Below the pieces are notes generated by a model. It searched no databases and had not been told where the DNA came from. It saw only the letters and a list, made by a program, of their open reading frames with translations. This document shows, piece by piece, positions 13,424 through 26,932 of a stretch of DNA of 64,000 nt (the first letter of the stretch is position 1; each line of letters starts with the position of its first letter). The stretch lies in NCBI GenBank assembly GCA_043228905.1, contig JBHGNT010000008.1, forward strand, positions 10,788,001-10,852,000, given 5' to 3'. A program made the translations under genes and the position numbers. The DNA comes from Azolla caroliniana (lineage: Eukaryota; Plantae; Polypodiophyta).

Positions 13424-15939
13424 ACTCTTTTCCTTTCTTCACACATTCGTCGACTTCCATCTGAGAGGGTTGTCTCGATCCATCAGGCTTCATGCTTGTT
13501 TCTCCTATCTTTTTCGTGGCGTAGGTTGGGCTTGCCCTTCTTTCCCTACGTTCCTCGTATTGTGATGCTTTGATGTGCCATCTTCTTCACCAGTTCTTTT
13601 CCTCTTCTCTTCAACAAGAGCTTCATAGTTGTCACACACAACCGCCGCAAAGCTTGTGTTATCATCGACTCGATCCGACCATCCAGTAACTCATCGCACA
13701 TTCCGATCAACAAGTTTTAGATCCTCCAAATCGGTTTTTCCTTTCTTTTCGCACTCGAAGACCGTCCACCAAAACCCAGCTCTTGGCTTGATCGTCTTTA
13801 GATTCTCTCTTCCAACTCGTATCCCAGCCGATGTGGCATAATGCATAGCTTCCACATGCCTTGTGTCTTCCTCTTCCACAATCTTTTTCAGCCCGCCTCT
13901 TCTGAAGTTTACTCTTAATGGCTTCCGGGTCTCGCTTGAGTGGATCATGTTGCCATCCAAATACGACACTCTTGCGAATCGCGTCTTGCAAGTCAGTGCA
14001 CTCCCTTCGCGAGTGCTCGAAGCTGTTGCACCACACACATCTATAGGCTTCTTTTCCCTTGGTTCTGCGTCAACCTAAGTTGGCCAACGATACCACTTCA
14101 AAATTCTTGGAGAGCTCTTCGATTATAGAGTCCTCCATCGCTTTCTTGTCCAAATTGTTGATCGACTTGTAGGCTCGACCGTCTCAAGTGCCTTCCTCCT
14201 CCACGATTGTGGATTCTCCATATCAGTTTCCTCTTGCCATTATCGACGCTTATGGAGACGTCTACAAGCCTTCTTCACCACCACCCAGTCCGCTACTAGG
14301 CCATTTGGTTGTGTTTCGTCGTCCAAAAAATTGGCCAATTCTCGCCGGTCTTTCATATCCACCGCCTTCAGGAATAGCGGGACTTTATCTCCATCGAGAA
14401 CTTGTTGATCAGCACTCAGAAGTCGGTTGTACTTCTGGTCGAATTCCACATATACAGCAGACGCGCACAGATTCTTCCCTTTCTTCTCGAGCCAAACCAT
14501 TAGCGTATGTCGAGTCATCCGTGATGCGTCTTCAAGCATGTATTCAGCGAGAAGCGCCTTTTTGAACTCCACCCACGTTGTGTGCTCGTTTTGGATCTCC
14601 ATGACGTGCTCACGGATCCCTGGTTCCACCACACGTTTGAAGCTAGAAATTGGTTGGAGATTGTTGACATCCCTCTATTGCATCTCATTCGATAGGTAGT
14701 AAGGAAATCCATGATTTTCTTGCCACCAAATCGTCTAGCTATCTTGATTGTTCAATCAACAGCTTTGTCGATTAAAGCCTCTCGATCTCTCACCTTCAGC
14801 ATGTATTCCACAATAGACACCATGCCTTTCGTTAATTCCTCTCCTTGAGTTCCGCTTGTCGAAGCCATCGTCGCACTTGATATCCTCCATTGCCTTTTCA
14901 TGACCGTTTTACCACTTAATTATGTCGTGAAAATCCGTCAATATGAGTGGATCGTGAGGCAGAACCGTCGGGGTTATGGACTGGAAGGAATTAGTGCTCA
15001 CCCGTACAACACAAGCAAGATTTAAACATAAGACAAGTAGGTGAGAGAAAACGTTTGTTTCTTGCAAAAGAAAATAGATTCTTTATAATTCTAGAATCAT
15101 GTTACAACGGATTGGATATGAATATGAAATATCATTCTTGAAAGAAAGGAGCCAACAACCATGTAAGTTGTGGTCCGATATGAATATGAGAGATTGTTTT
15201 TCCCCAAGGAATGGGAGAGCGAAGAAGTGAAACAAAAAGAAGAGAAGAAAAACCGGAGAAAAAGAAATATATGGGATTCTTTGTTGATCATGCCCTTGAT
15301 GTTCCTTTGCATCCCCATTTTTAGTTGCATGACCTCTACTTTTAGTTGCATGCTTCCATTTTTAGTTGCATGGCCTCTACTTTTAGTTGTATGTGACGTC
15401 TTTATCGGTTGGGACGTGTGTGCGCATGGAGGCATCCACGGCTCTCGGTCAAGGATGCGCACGTACGGTTCGGTCACGACGCATGTACGGATTACGCATG
15501 GGCCAAACCGCGCACACAGGCGGCGTCCCAACCGCGCAGTGTACGCATCCGCGTGCATGTCCCGACCGAGCCATACACCGTCGTGGCTGATCAAGCCGTG
15601 ACCCAAAATCATTTGAGCCATTTATCCACACGGTTTAGACCAAGTCACCTTGAACATTCTATGCTTCACACATACACATAAGTTAATAGGTTCTGGCACT
15701 CCTTATATACTATGGGAACCAATGTTGTCCTATCTATGTGGGATATCTCACAGTTTTGTTTTTCCCAATCTTCTCAAACTTTACACTCACATAACTTGAT
15801 ACTTGTTTATTTGTTTCATATGTAGTAAAATGCGTTATGAAGTTCTTGAAGATGTCCATCTTTCGTACTAATCCATTTAAACTAACCTAAAATAATTATT
15901 TCATTACTTTTCTTATCATGTGTAAAAAATCACACGGCA

Positions 15940-17488
15940 CCACTTGTGCTAAAGATCGATGACCGATTCAATCTTCTATCCTTTGACAAACATGGGTGTG
16001 CTGACGCCATTAGTGTTGAGGATAAACATCCTCCCTTCTTTGCGCCCTTGTGCAATTACCTGGCCTTCTTCCTCGATGAAGCACCCGAGGTGCGTAAACC
16101 GCGCACTTGCATCCCCTACTCAACGATTTGTCCAACCGACACTAGGTTCTTTGTGACAGTTGGAACGTGTAACATGGCTTCCCCTTTTGTCTAACATGGC
16201 TTAAAGGGACTTTTCTGACATGCACAATCGGGTGAGGGGTGTCGTCTCCGGTTTCAACAATCACCGGCTATTCCGGTTTCTCCAAAAAAGAGAACCACTC
16301 TTCATGGCTCGTCATGTCATTGGACACTCCGTAATGAACATACCATACTTCCTCCAATTTGGAAGTAGTCTTCTTCATAGAGCTAGCCTTGTGCTTCATC
16401 ATGAAGGCTAGCCCTTTACCGGTTTTCCCGGTTCCGGATCGTTCCGATCCTTTTGCGTAGTGCGAGCTTTGCCGGTTCCCTTGTCCGACCTTGTTGGATC
16501 CGGATTTATCTCAATCGGCACGCTTCTTCCAACACTCGCTCTCTTTGTGGCCTTTTTTGCCACAGTACCAACATTCTATGTCGGTTTCCGACTTTAACTT
16601 GACTCCCCCTGCTTGTGTAAGGTTTAGAACTAATGTCGGCACTATCTTTGTGCCCTCAGTTCTGCCCTTGCCAGCCACCTCCATTGCGTGCCGACCCACC
16701 TCATCCTCCACGCCCACGGGGCTGATCTACGTCCGGGTACAACATCTGGTTTTCTGATTGAGTGGTCCTAGACCCACTCATGTCGTTTTCTTCGATCATC
16801 AACATTGATTGCAAGTCAAAGAAGGACGGTGGTTTCTCTTGGGTGAGGATAGCTGTCTGGATAGGCCCGTACCTTTGTGCTAGACCTCCGACGTAGATTT
16901 GTGCATTTTCTATGACTAGGACGCATAGTTCCTCCGGTCGAACTTTTCTGTTGGGAGTGAACTCGCCATACCTCTGTCCATATATTTCTCTGTCTGTCCT
17001 TACCAAGTATTGGGTTTTGTCTTTGAAAGCGTTTATCGGCTGCAGAGGTTCTCAACCCTTGCGCTTTGATACTATGTGAAAGTAAACATGTGGAAGCATT
17101 CGACAAACCGGCTCAACCAGATAGCAACAGAAGATGAGAAGGAAAAACTTAACACACAGAGGAGTATGCGTACGCAGGAGAGACAGAGAGAGCGAGAGTA
17201 GAACAGAAACTCTATTAAAAAATAACATTGTGTAACTCGGTACATAGAATGTGCTCAGAGAGAACTTTTATACAAGTCCATAAAGGACTGACAAGTACTT
17301 CAATGCTGATACAAGCGACTGTCACTAACCCCAAAAATATGCCTACGTACTAGGCTGGATCCGTAGGCCTCTAATAGCCTACCAATTTGAATCTGATTCG
17401 GCTCCTGGTTCTGGATATCATCCGGACACCGATCTGGTTCTCCGTTCCGGATTCCGATCCGGATTCGGCTGAGCTTGCTCGCTCAACA
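15940..17488 (-). mobile_element. Truncated C-family copia N (5' LTR, PBS, deleted gag, PR)
   Basis: CWYCGKKGHKESECWKK knuckle and PSFFDLQSML shared with G; PBS 17063-17074; LTR 17075-17488 homologous to the G/H LTRs. Confidence 0.82.
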
Positions 17489-17720
17489 GAACCTCCTACC
17501 GATGCGGAGTCGGCAAGTGTATTGTCGGCTTGGTCGAGTTTGACTGTTTGTCGAATCTCCAATCCGGCTTGGCAGGTCGGTCTTTCTACGACTACTCTAT
17601 CTATTTCGAACGAGATCTTCTTGCCCACTAATTTCTGTTGGTTCCGCTCAAAGAGGATAGAGTCTTCATTGATGACTACGTCACTGCTTTGGATCAATTT
17701 TCGATTCTCCGGGCGTGCCC
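17489..17720 (-). mobile_element. Copia integrase C-terminal fragment
   Basis: RKLIQSSDVVINED resembles the copia SRDVVF(N/D)E motif. Confidence 0.55.
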
Positions 17721-18257
17721 ATACACGTCTCCTCCTCATAAAGGCATATGAGCATTTGTGTGTGTGTTTTGTATCTTCCTTGCATGTTCGACTGCCTTGT
17801 GTGTGTGTGTTTTGTGTCTTCTTTGTATGTTCGGTCGTCTTGTGACGAGGGACTGTTTCGGCATGCCCATGCACCTCTCCTCCTCATGAAGGCGTCCGAA
17901 CTTTCGTGTTTGCATTCTCGTTCCATTCCTTGTGCGTTTGCCTTGTGTGTTCATCTTTTCTTGTGTCCCGTCCGTTCACTAGTGCGGTGAGCTGGAAAGC
18001 CTCACGAGTTGTGGTCAACGAAAGCCACTGGCCCACAAAAAGGGGCAACGAGCTCTAGCCTGGGAAGTAGTCTTAATCAATAAGCAAGTCTCAGGTCTTC
18101 TCCATCCCTTCTTGCTCCCTAGTTCGAGACCCCCTGTGGTCCTACCCGAGTAACACACACATGCGAAACTTCGCGACACTGGATGAAGAGTCAGCGAGCA
18201 ACGAAGCCTCGGTCATGTAGTCCCTGCACCTAAAGACGGCTTACACGCAAGGAGAAG

Positions 18258-18331
18258 TGTTGGGGACAAGGTCGTCACTACGGAAGAAAAATCAACATCT
18301 GTGATGGTGAAGAACGTGCGTATGCGAATGA

Positions 18332-18429
<98 letters not shown>

Positions 18430-21400
18430 GCACAAAGAAACGTTATATTTCTCAATAACAACAGTTACAAAAATTACAACCAACCTTTACTAAAGGTTAC
18501 AAAGTCACTATATATAGTGACTATCCTAGGGCAACTGCCCTTTATGCTATTTACAGAAATAGCCCAAACTTGGGCTGTCCAAAGGGATAGTGTGAATACG
18601 GCCATTATACACTCGTATTTTGACACTCCCCCGTAATGGGCGTATACATGGGTTATACTAAAGTTACAGGTATGTACGAGGTTGTCAGACAGATCTGTTT
18701 TGTTCGAGTCAACAGGATCCGAAGACTGAAGCCCGAACCGGCCGGGTCGGAATAGCTGAAGCCGATCTTCAAAGAACCGATGTTTGTTGTCCGAAACCGT
18801 CCTGTGTTGTGTGTTCGACTTTAACCGGACTAATTATTCGTTATGCCCATCTGGTGCCGAAGGGACCGAAAACAATCCGTCGAAAGACACTTGGTCATTC
18901 CATCTTCGACATTATTGGTTGTGCATATTTTCTCGAGACCGATTTTCCCTGAAATGACGCAGTCCCGAACGAAGTGATATTGAACGTTGATATGCTTGGA
19001 GGTGTTGTGGTGAACCGGATTCTTTGACAAAGCAACAACACCCTGACTATCGTTGTAGACAACTAGAGCCGAGTCGAGGTCGACCTATCGAAACGTGTGC
19101 GCCAGCCGACCGAGCCATAAAGCTTCTTTTGTCGCGTCGGATGTAGCTATATATTCCGCAAGATTGCTCCATTGCCAAATTTGAAACAATAACCGGTTGT
19201 TGATTTCTGACTGTCCACACAACCGGCGAAGTCCGAGTCGGTGTAACCGACTACGCATGAGGTTGAGTTCGGGCCAAAAAGAATGTCGTGGTCTTTTGTG
19301 CCAACTAGATATCTAAACACATGCTTGATTGCGTTCCAGTGCGATCGGCCTAGGTTGTGCATGAATCTGCTGACTTCTCCTACATCATGAGAAATATCAG
19401 GCCGTGTCGCGACATCGCGTACATAAGGGAGCCGACTGCCGGTGCATACAGTATTGACTTCATATCTTCCCCCTCCGGACCGGATGTCGGGCAGTCTCGC
19501 TGAGACAACCGAAGGTTAATGGGGAGTGGGGTTGAAGTAGACTTGGCCGAGTGCATGTTGAAGCGTTCCAAGACACGTCCGATGTAGTCGGTTTGAGACA
19601 AGAAAAGTTGTCGTGTATCGCTAAGCCGACTAATCTTCATACCAAGTATGTGTCTTGCCAGACCGAGGTCCTTCATGGCAAACTTCAACCGTAGTTTCCG
19701 AACGAGTTCGGTGACCTCTTCGGCATGCCGTCCGGAGAGTAGCATGTCGTCCACATAAATGATGAAGAAGATGGGAGACCCGTCATGAGCTGTTTTGGTG
19801 AAGAGACAATGGTCATCATCGCTCTTGGAGAAGCCGGACGACTAGATGAGGTCGTCGAACTTCTTGTACCACTGTTGAGGTGCCTGTTTCAGGCTGTACA
19901 AACTCTTCCTGAGTCAGCTGACTAGATGTTCGTGGTCGGATGCCACAAAGCCTTTCGGCTGCTCCATATAGATTTCCTCCTGTAGGTCACCGTGGAGGAA
20001 TGTCGTTTTTACATCTAGCTGAATAAGCTCCAAGTTGTCGACGGCCACGACGCCGAGCATGAAACGAAGGGTTGTCATTTTCACCATTGGTGAAAAGATT
20101 TCGTCGAAGTCGACGCCATATTCTTGTCGAAATCCCTTTGCAACTAATTGGTCCTTGTACTTTGGGTTGGTCGAGTTAGACATCTCTTTTAGTCGATAGA
20201 CCCACTTACACAGAAGAGCACGTCGATTCTTCGGTAATTTGACCAAGTCCCAAGTCTTGTTTGTGCGAATGGAGTGCATTTCCGACTCCATCGCTAAATG
20301 CACGGTGGCTAAGTCGACAGATGCTTCTTCATAAGACGTCGGTTCGCCGGTGTCGGTAAAGAAAATTCCGGGAGAGTACCTTTCTAGAGGTTGCGACAGT
20401 CTCTCGGATCTTTGAGGTATGACTAGACTAGTTGCATCGGGTATAGGTGTCGGATGATTGGAAGCCGATCCATTCGGCTATGTTGAATCGGTGGATTCAG
20501 GACGAGAGGTGTTGTTACCCGTGAAACCGATCTTGTGTTGTGGGCTGGGCTTTCATGAAGGGTTGGCACTTCGGAAAATATTACCCTTCGGACTTCAATA
20601 GGCCTTTCGGCCATTTTATGCATAGCCGACTCGTTGAACATGACATCCGAACTTTGGACGATTTATCTGTGCTCAAGGTCCCAAAGTCGGTATCTGATCT
20701 CCCCGTCAGGTCCATATCCAAGGAAAACGCATTTCCTTGATCTTAGTTCGAGTTTCCGGGGGTCATCTTTCGGTATGAGGGCATACGCCTATAAGGTGTT
20801 GTATATTCACGTTGAATGCCGCATTCCGGGCAAAATTTGACGGATTTTTCAAACTTGAATTCTCCTCCGTTGTCGGTTCGGAGACATTTCAGTTTCTGAC
20901 CGGTCTGATTTTCGACCATTGCAAGACATTCAGAGAAGATTGAGAACACCTGATCTTTGGTTCTAATGGGGTAAGCCCACACCTTCCGAGTCGAGTCGTC
21001 AATAAAACTGACGAAGTACGAAGCACTATCGAGAGACTGATGTGGCATCGGGCCACAGATGTCCGAGTGGATCAAATCGAGGGGCTCGATTCTCGTGGTG
21101 CTGATGTCGGGTGGGATGCGGCTACCTGTTTGCCGTACTGGCAATACTCTCAGAATTGGTGATCTAAGAAGGAGAGCTTGGGTATGTAACCGGCTCTGGA
21201 TAGGTGTGTTATGCCGACCTTGCTGAGGTGTCCAAGTTGTCCGTGCCATAACAATGACACGGGGATATCAACCAAAAATAAGTCACCCTCTTTGAGTGTG
21301 ACAGATAAAGGGTACAAAGAGTGTACCTTTGGTCCTCGAGCAAGCAGGAGGTTCCCTTTCTGGAGTGTCCACCCTCCTGATGAGAACCCGGCATAGATGC

Positions 21401-23258
21401 CGGCTTCGTCAAGTTTTCTGACCGAGATCAAGGGACTTGAAAGCTCAGGAACGTGTCAGACATTGTGTAGTACGAGTGTAGAGCCACCTGGAAGGTTGAG
21501 CTCTACAGTGCCGATTCCGATTATGGCACAGTGTTGCGAGTTCCCGACTCGAACTAAGTCGGAGTGTCGGTCTGAATATTGCCGAAACTGATATCAGTGA
21601 GGTGTCACATGATACGATGCGCCCGAGTCTAGGAGCCATGTGCTTGATTCCTCAGTCGTAAGCAGAACTTCTGATTCGATTGGGTTCTCAATGGACAGTA
21701 TGTTCGGGTCGGTCGTCAAAATTTCGGCTGAAGAGCTGACGTAGCTGACCTCCTCATGTCGCCTACTCTTCTGATTCGCTCTCTGAGCTTTGTTGGTTTT
21801 TTCTTTGAGTTCCCGACAGTCGGCTTTGATATGTCCTGGTTTCTTACAGTAGTTGCAGATTCGGATGTCCCGGGACTTGCTCTAGCTTCGCTAATTGTTC
21901 GATGGTCGGGAAGAACTTCTTCCCTGGTTGTTCGATCGGTCGGTCAAACCTTGTACTACGTAAGCTTCATCTGCCGAGTCTTTGGCAAAAGACTTTCTCC
22001 GAGCTGCTTCAGTCAGGATTGCGCACACGGTTGTGACGAAAGTTTCCCAAGAAGAGGGGAGACTACTCATGAGTATCATTGCTCTGAGTTCATCCTCTAT
22101 TGCCGTCCCCTGAGACGATATTTGGGAGCTTAGGCTTTCGTACTCGTTGAGGTGTGCCTGAACCGAATCGGATTCTTTCATCCGCAAGTTGTAGAGGCGC
22201 CGGACCAGATACATCTTCGTTGCCACAACCTTCTTTTCATAAGTTTCTGATAGTGTTTTCCAAAGTTCAAAAGCTATCGTGCATGATTTCACTGTGAAGT
22301 ACACTGACTCTAACAAGTGCATCCAAATCGTGGTGCGAACAATTCTGTCCAGCTTTAGCTACTCGTTTGCCTTGTATGCTTCTGGAGGATTTTCACTCTT
22401 AATCGGGTCTATCTGACCCTTGACTATGAGATAGTCCTGCATTTGTTCCTTCCAGAAGTTGAAGTTCGACCCGTCGAACCTCCTTAGACTCATCTTCGAT
22501 GAGCTGGATGTTGATGCCATCTGCTTCGGTTTCGGTTGGAAAGACTCGGTTCGGAGTTGACTATGAACCTTAGTGGGGTGCAGCCAGTCGGCTCACCCGA
22601 TATCGTTCTAGTCGGTTTTGAACCCGAGTCGGTTTGGTTTCGGATACTTGTTGTTGAACTTGCTCGGAGTGACTCCGTAACTTGAGGGACAGAACCGGCT
22701 GGTCTTCCCGAATGTTGTCGAGTCGAAGTGAGCCCGGTTAGCTTCCGATTGTATGCCGAATACCGATTACAAGAAACCGATTGTTTGGGCCAATTCTGCT
22801 TCAGATGACTGTAGCGATGAGAGGGACGGATCCAACTGGTCCTCTCGAATGTCGATCAACCTAATGAAGCACGAATTCGGTTGTTGCTAGAGACCAATTT
22901 GTAGAGGGTGGTTACAACAAGCGAGTGAATAGCATTCGGTGACCTATTCGGATGTCGTTTAACCGAATGAAGCACGATTGGGTCGGGTGTTGCACAGGGA
23001 GCTCGCTTGGTTACAATGACAGGAATAGAGTACAGCCGGCTAGCTTACTCCAATTAGTGATTTAACATAGTGAGATGCAAACTTCTTGTTTGTCTTCTCT
23101 CTTCTCTGTTCTTGAAGAAGTTACAAAAAACAGAATATGACGGACGGCAACAGGTTGAAGAACCTCCAACGCTCTGATACCAAATGTTGGGGACAAGGTC
23201 GTCAGTGCGAAAGAACAATCAACATCAGTGATGGTGAAGAACGTGTGTATGCGAATGA

Positions 23259-23314
<56 letters not shown>

Positions 23315-23507
23315 GCACAAAGAAACGTTATATTTCTCAATAACAACAGTTACAAAAATTACAACCAACCTTTACTAAAGGTTACAAAGTCACTATATAG
23401 TGACTATCCTAGGGCAACTGCCCTTTATGCTATTTACAGAAATAGCCCAAACTTTGGTTGTCCAAAGGGACAATGTGAATATGGCCATTATACACTTGTA
23501 TTCAACA
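18258..23507 (-). mobile_element. Full-length Ty1/copia element F, decayed
   Basis: LTRs 18258-18625 and 23185-23507; perfect TSD AGAAG; PBS TGGTATCAGAGC 23171-23182; PPT 18626-18632; about 650-bp leader; gag from about 22520, then INT (IHSDICGP, RTDNGGEF), RT and RH. Confidence 0.95.
18337..18425. repeat. (TA)n(GA)n compound microsatellite in the 3' LTR of F
   Basis: Read directly; the 5' LTR has only the (GA)n tract. Confidence 0.95.
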
Positions 23508-23702
23508 AGAAGGGGAAGATGAAGATGTTGGAATATGGCACAAAGGCCAACACATCCTACAAAAGTGAATCCGAAACGGCCAAGCTCGAAGATAGACCTC
23601 AGAGATGAGGTCGGAATTAGCCAAGAGGGCCATGAAATCGGCGAACCAGAAGTTGTGTCGATCCACTTGCCAGAAGAACTCCATAATCCAATACAGGTAC
23701 AA

Positions 23703-25278
23703 TGTTCGAATATGTGTAGAAGTATGGATGGATGTAGGTTAATATGCTCAGAAAACAATGCAAAGAATGTGATAGAGAATATGAACAAATCGTAGACACC
23801 GTTTTGAGCTCAAATGGAAGCTTTCTCTATATATTACTTCTTTCTCTCTCTTAAACTCTAGATATACAAGAATGATCAAGTCTACTTATTACAACGTTAG
23901 GTTATAGCTTATATATTAAGCCCTAACTCTTTAGGCATGTTCACACTAGGATACAAAGTGGAAGGAGTCGGCTCGTTATGCCAACAAACTCCCCCATAAT
24001 AGGACTACTCTTTCCTACATGTATAAGTGATTGGGGTCATCTCCCCCGTAAGCCTAAATCACAAAATTAATCTAAATTTATACTACAAGTCAGTCAATAT
24101 AAAGCCAAGTTGGCGAAGATGAAGTCATTATCTAACCTAATTCTGCTAGCCTCAAGGTTTGGCTGGTTCCAGTTGGTCGAATCAACATGTTCAAATCATC
24201 CTTCATTCAAATCGGTCTGATTGTCGAAATCAGCTTGTGTCCGATCCTCGATTTCGGCCTTGTGTCGATTATTCGTAGGTTGCTCAATTCTGCTCTTCTG
24301 CTCCATGTTGGATCCTTGATCTATATCTGAGTTCATTCGCCTCTTGATCATTTCCTTTCTAGATAGTATCCTTGCTTAGTGCTATTTCTTCAGCCCCTTC
24401 TGTTTCCGAACATGTCCATTTCGATCTTTTCGTTAGTCTGTTCGGGTCGGTTTTCAACTTCCCTTCTGCTCCTCATTTGGCTTTCTTTTGCTTGGTCTCT
24501 TGTCGTAGTTCCATCTTTGTCCTCAGCGTTCCGAAGCATTCATCTGGGAGTGGCTTCGTCAAGCAATCAGTGATGTTCAGCTCAGTGTCTCTCTTCTGAA
24601 CTTCAAGCTTCTTTTAGGTTATTAGCTCCCAGATGTGATGATATCGCACCTCAATATGCTTTGTCTTTGCGTGATAGACAATTTTGTTGATGAGGTGTAT
24701 TGCACTTTGTGAGTCGCGATAGATGGTCGGCAGTTGTCGATCGATTTGGTTTGTAGGCGAAAAGCCGGCAGTTAGATCGCTTCCTTCGTTGCCTCTGACG
24801 ATTCTATGTACTTGGCCTTTGTGATAGACAGGGTTGTGCACTCTTGGAGCTTTTGACCTCCATGATATAGAGCCGCCACCTTTGATACCACATCCTTGAC
24901 GCTTGTTTTAAGCCGTATAGGCTTTTCTTCAATCAACATACGACATGACTTTCCTCCCACGTTGCAGAGAAGCCTACCGGTTGGGACATGTAAATGTCCT
25001 CTTCCAAGTCTTCGTGTGGGAATGTTGTCTTTACGTCGAGTTACTCAAGCTCTAGGTCCTCTGTTGCCACGACCCCGAGTAGGAGCCAAAGGGTAGTCAT
25101 CTTGACTATTGGAGAGTATATCTCGTCGTGATTGACCCCATGTTCCTGTTTGAATCTCTTCGCGACGAGCCGAGATTTGTAGTTGGGCTTCTCTGAATCA
25201 AATACATATTTGTATCGGAATACCCATTTGCAAGGAAGCGGCTTTCTTCTTGCCAGTAGTTCGACAAGGTCCCATGTA
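23703..25278 (-). mobile_element. Copia element O: 3' LTR (23703-23986), PPT, deleted RT/RNaseH
   Basis: TG...CA LTR followed by AACTCCCCC; TWDLVEL..CKWVF, YKSRLVAK, YHAKTKHIEVRYH motifs. Confidence 0.85.
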
Positions 25279-26932
25279 TCCGGCAACCGGCAACTGACAA
25301 CCGGATGGATCCAGCGACCGGGCGAATCTGGCGACTAGACGGCTTCGGCAACCGGACAAATCTGGCAATCGGCGACTGGACGGAGCCGGCAACCAGAAAT
25401 TGGACGGAGCTGGCAACCGGATGGAACTGACGATTGAACCGGAACCAGATGGTGACAACTGAAAACCAGACGGAGTCGGCGATTGGACGAATCCGGCAAC
25501 CAAATGGAACCGGCGATCAAACCGAAACCGGACGGTGACAGAACCGGAACTAGACTGCACGGATGAGGTCGGACGCGGACAAACGGATGAAAGCATGGGC
25601 CAAACTTTACAGATTATAGGATCATGTGACTGAACTAAAGTAAAGTAAAATAAAGTAAAGGTCATGTGGAAGGAATGCAACTAAAGGTGGAGGCCATGCA
25701 TAAAGTAAAGGTCATGTGGAAGGCATGCAACTAATGGTAAAAGCCATGCAACTAAAAGTCAGGAGGCAAAGGAACATGAAAGGAGGGATCAACAAAGAAA
25801 CACATATAAATTCCATTTTTTTTCCTACACTCATCCTCTCTCCATTTTTATTTTATTTTCCTTCTTAGCTCCCTTATCTTATCGAAGCCATAACACTCAA
25901 AAACCCTAAATTTTCCCTACGGAAGCCATATCTCTCGTATAACGTAATCCTAATTTTCCCTATGGAAGCCATAACACTCAAGAACCCTAATTTTCCCTAC
26001 GGAAGCCATATCTCTCAAAACCCCTAATTTTTCTTTTCTATTAATCTTAGTAAAACCTAAAACTTCTTAATCCCAATCTTGGGACATATTGTAATTTCTT
26101 CTCCTTTGTTAATGAAAATTATTAAATTTCTTATTTCCGTTAATTGTTAAAAATATAAAAGCACGAATGTGATATCCTCTGGCCGAAGGCCCCGGGGTCC
26201 TACCTCAAGTTCACGTATCCTTGTCGTATTTTTGCGACATCTTTGGTGAACTCGACGTGAAACAAGGCGGTAGGAGGATATCTCATGGAGGCATACAGAT
26301 ACAAAGAGCCGAAAAGATGCAGCCTATATGAGTTCGACCAATGGGTATCATCATTAAAGACCCACCAAAGTGCAATGCATGCTTTCGTTGAGTTCGAGTG
26401 TCGCTTCACACAACTCTTGGAGAAAGATCAAAGATTGGTGGGGGCGAATAAAGTCCTAATGTTCGTGAAGTCAATCGATCGGAAGGAAAGGAAGGCCATT
26501 GGAATCCGACTTGAGGATGATGATGGTGCAAATGGCCTCACTGAGGATTGGACAAAAGTGGAAAGAGTTTGTCAATTACACGATAAGAGGAAGACAAGAT
26601 TCTCATCGACAACAACAAAACCTACGACGGATGGTGAAAGGAGGACAGGAAGCAACAACAAACCACCACCTAAAGAAGAGAGCTTGAAGAGGGAACGTTT
26701 GATGGTACTCGACATAGAGGCCTTCATAAAGGAGGCATATGAGAATTTAAAGGTGCAAGTCGAGCCAAAGAGAATCTTATAATGGAACCAAAACTTATTA
26801 AAGTGGTTACCAAGGAAGAAGAGACCTCCCAACAAAGGTGGAGTAATGATACGACCAATATGAAAGCCCAAGTTCGGTACAACAGCACCACAGGAGAAGG
26901 TGTGGAACAAGATTCCTTCTCGTCTTGGAAAG
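25279..26932 (+). mobile_element. Gypsy element K (D/E group): LTR to 26239, tRNA-Trp PBS, gag fragment
   Basis: ...TGCGACA TCTT TGGTGAACTCGACGTGAA; ORF 26285-26782 is homologous to the gag of D and E (VEFE..F..L..D....KVLMFVK..D..R....NGL..DW); LTR has ATGCAACTAAA repeats like the D LTR. Left boundary approximate. Confidence 0.8.

Larger units (their letters stand above)
6141..15600 (-). mobile_element. Ty3/gypsy element D (5' LTR-gag-PR-RT), interrupted by copia B at 7978-13423 and by C at its left end
   Basis: RT (WNLKPIPVPRAH, PYSNRWF, LRFIQDLQPVN, LPQGATNS) 6141-6927; protease (IDHGSKINL) 7235-7720; gag 13424-14900 with a CMWC..H..C knuckle; degenerate Trp-like PBS about 14898-14914; LTR starts 14923 (TGTCGTGAA). 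Right boundary approximate. Confidence 0.85.
18150..23702 (+). mobile_element. C-family copia P, left piece (INT-RT linker), split by F
   Basis: Removing F gives RLTRKEKGKMKM...RSTCQKNSIIQYRYN, homologous to G (RLTRKEKGKKKV...RSTRHRNPVVRFSYN). Left boundary approximate. Confidence 0.75.

Noticed and set aside
25280-25580. CCGGCAACCGG-type short repeats as a separate element
   Set aside because: Best explained as the U3 region of gypsy K's LTR; the boundary is unresolved.
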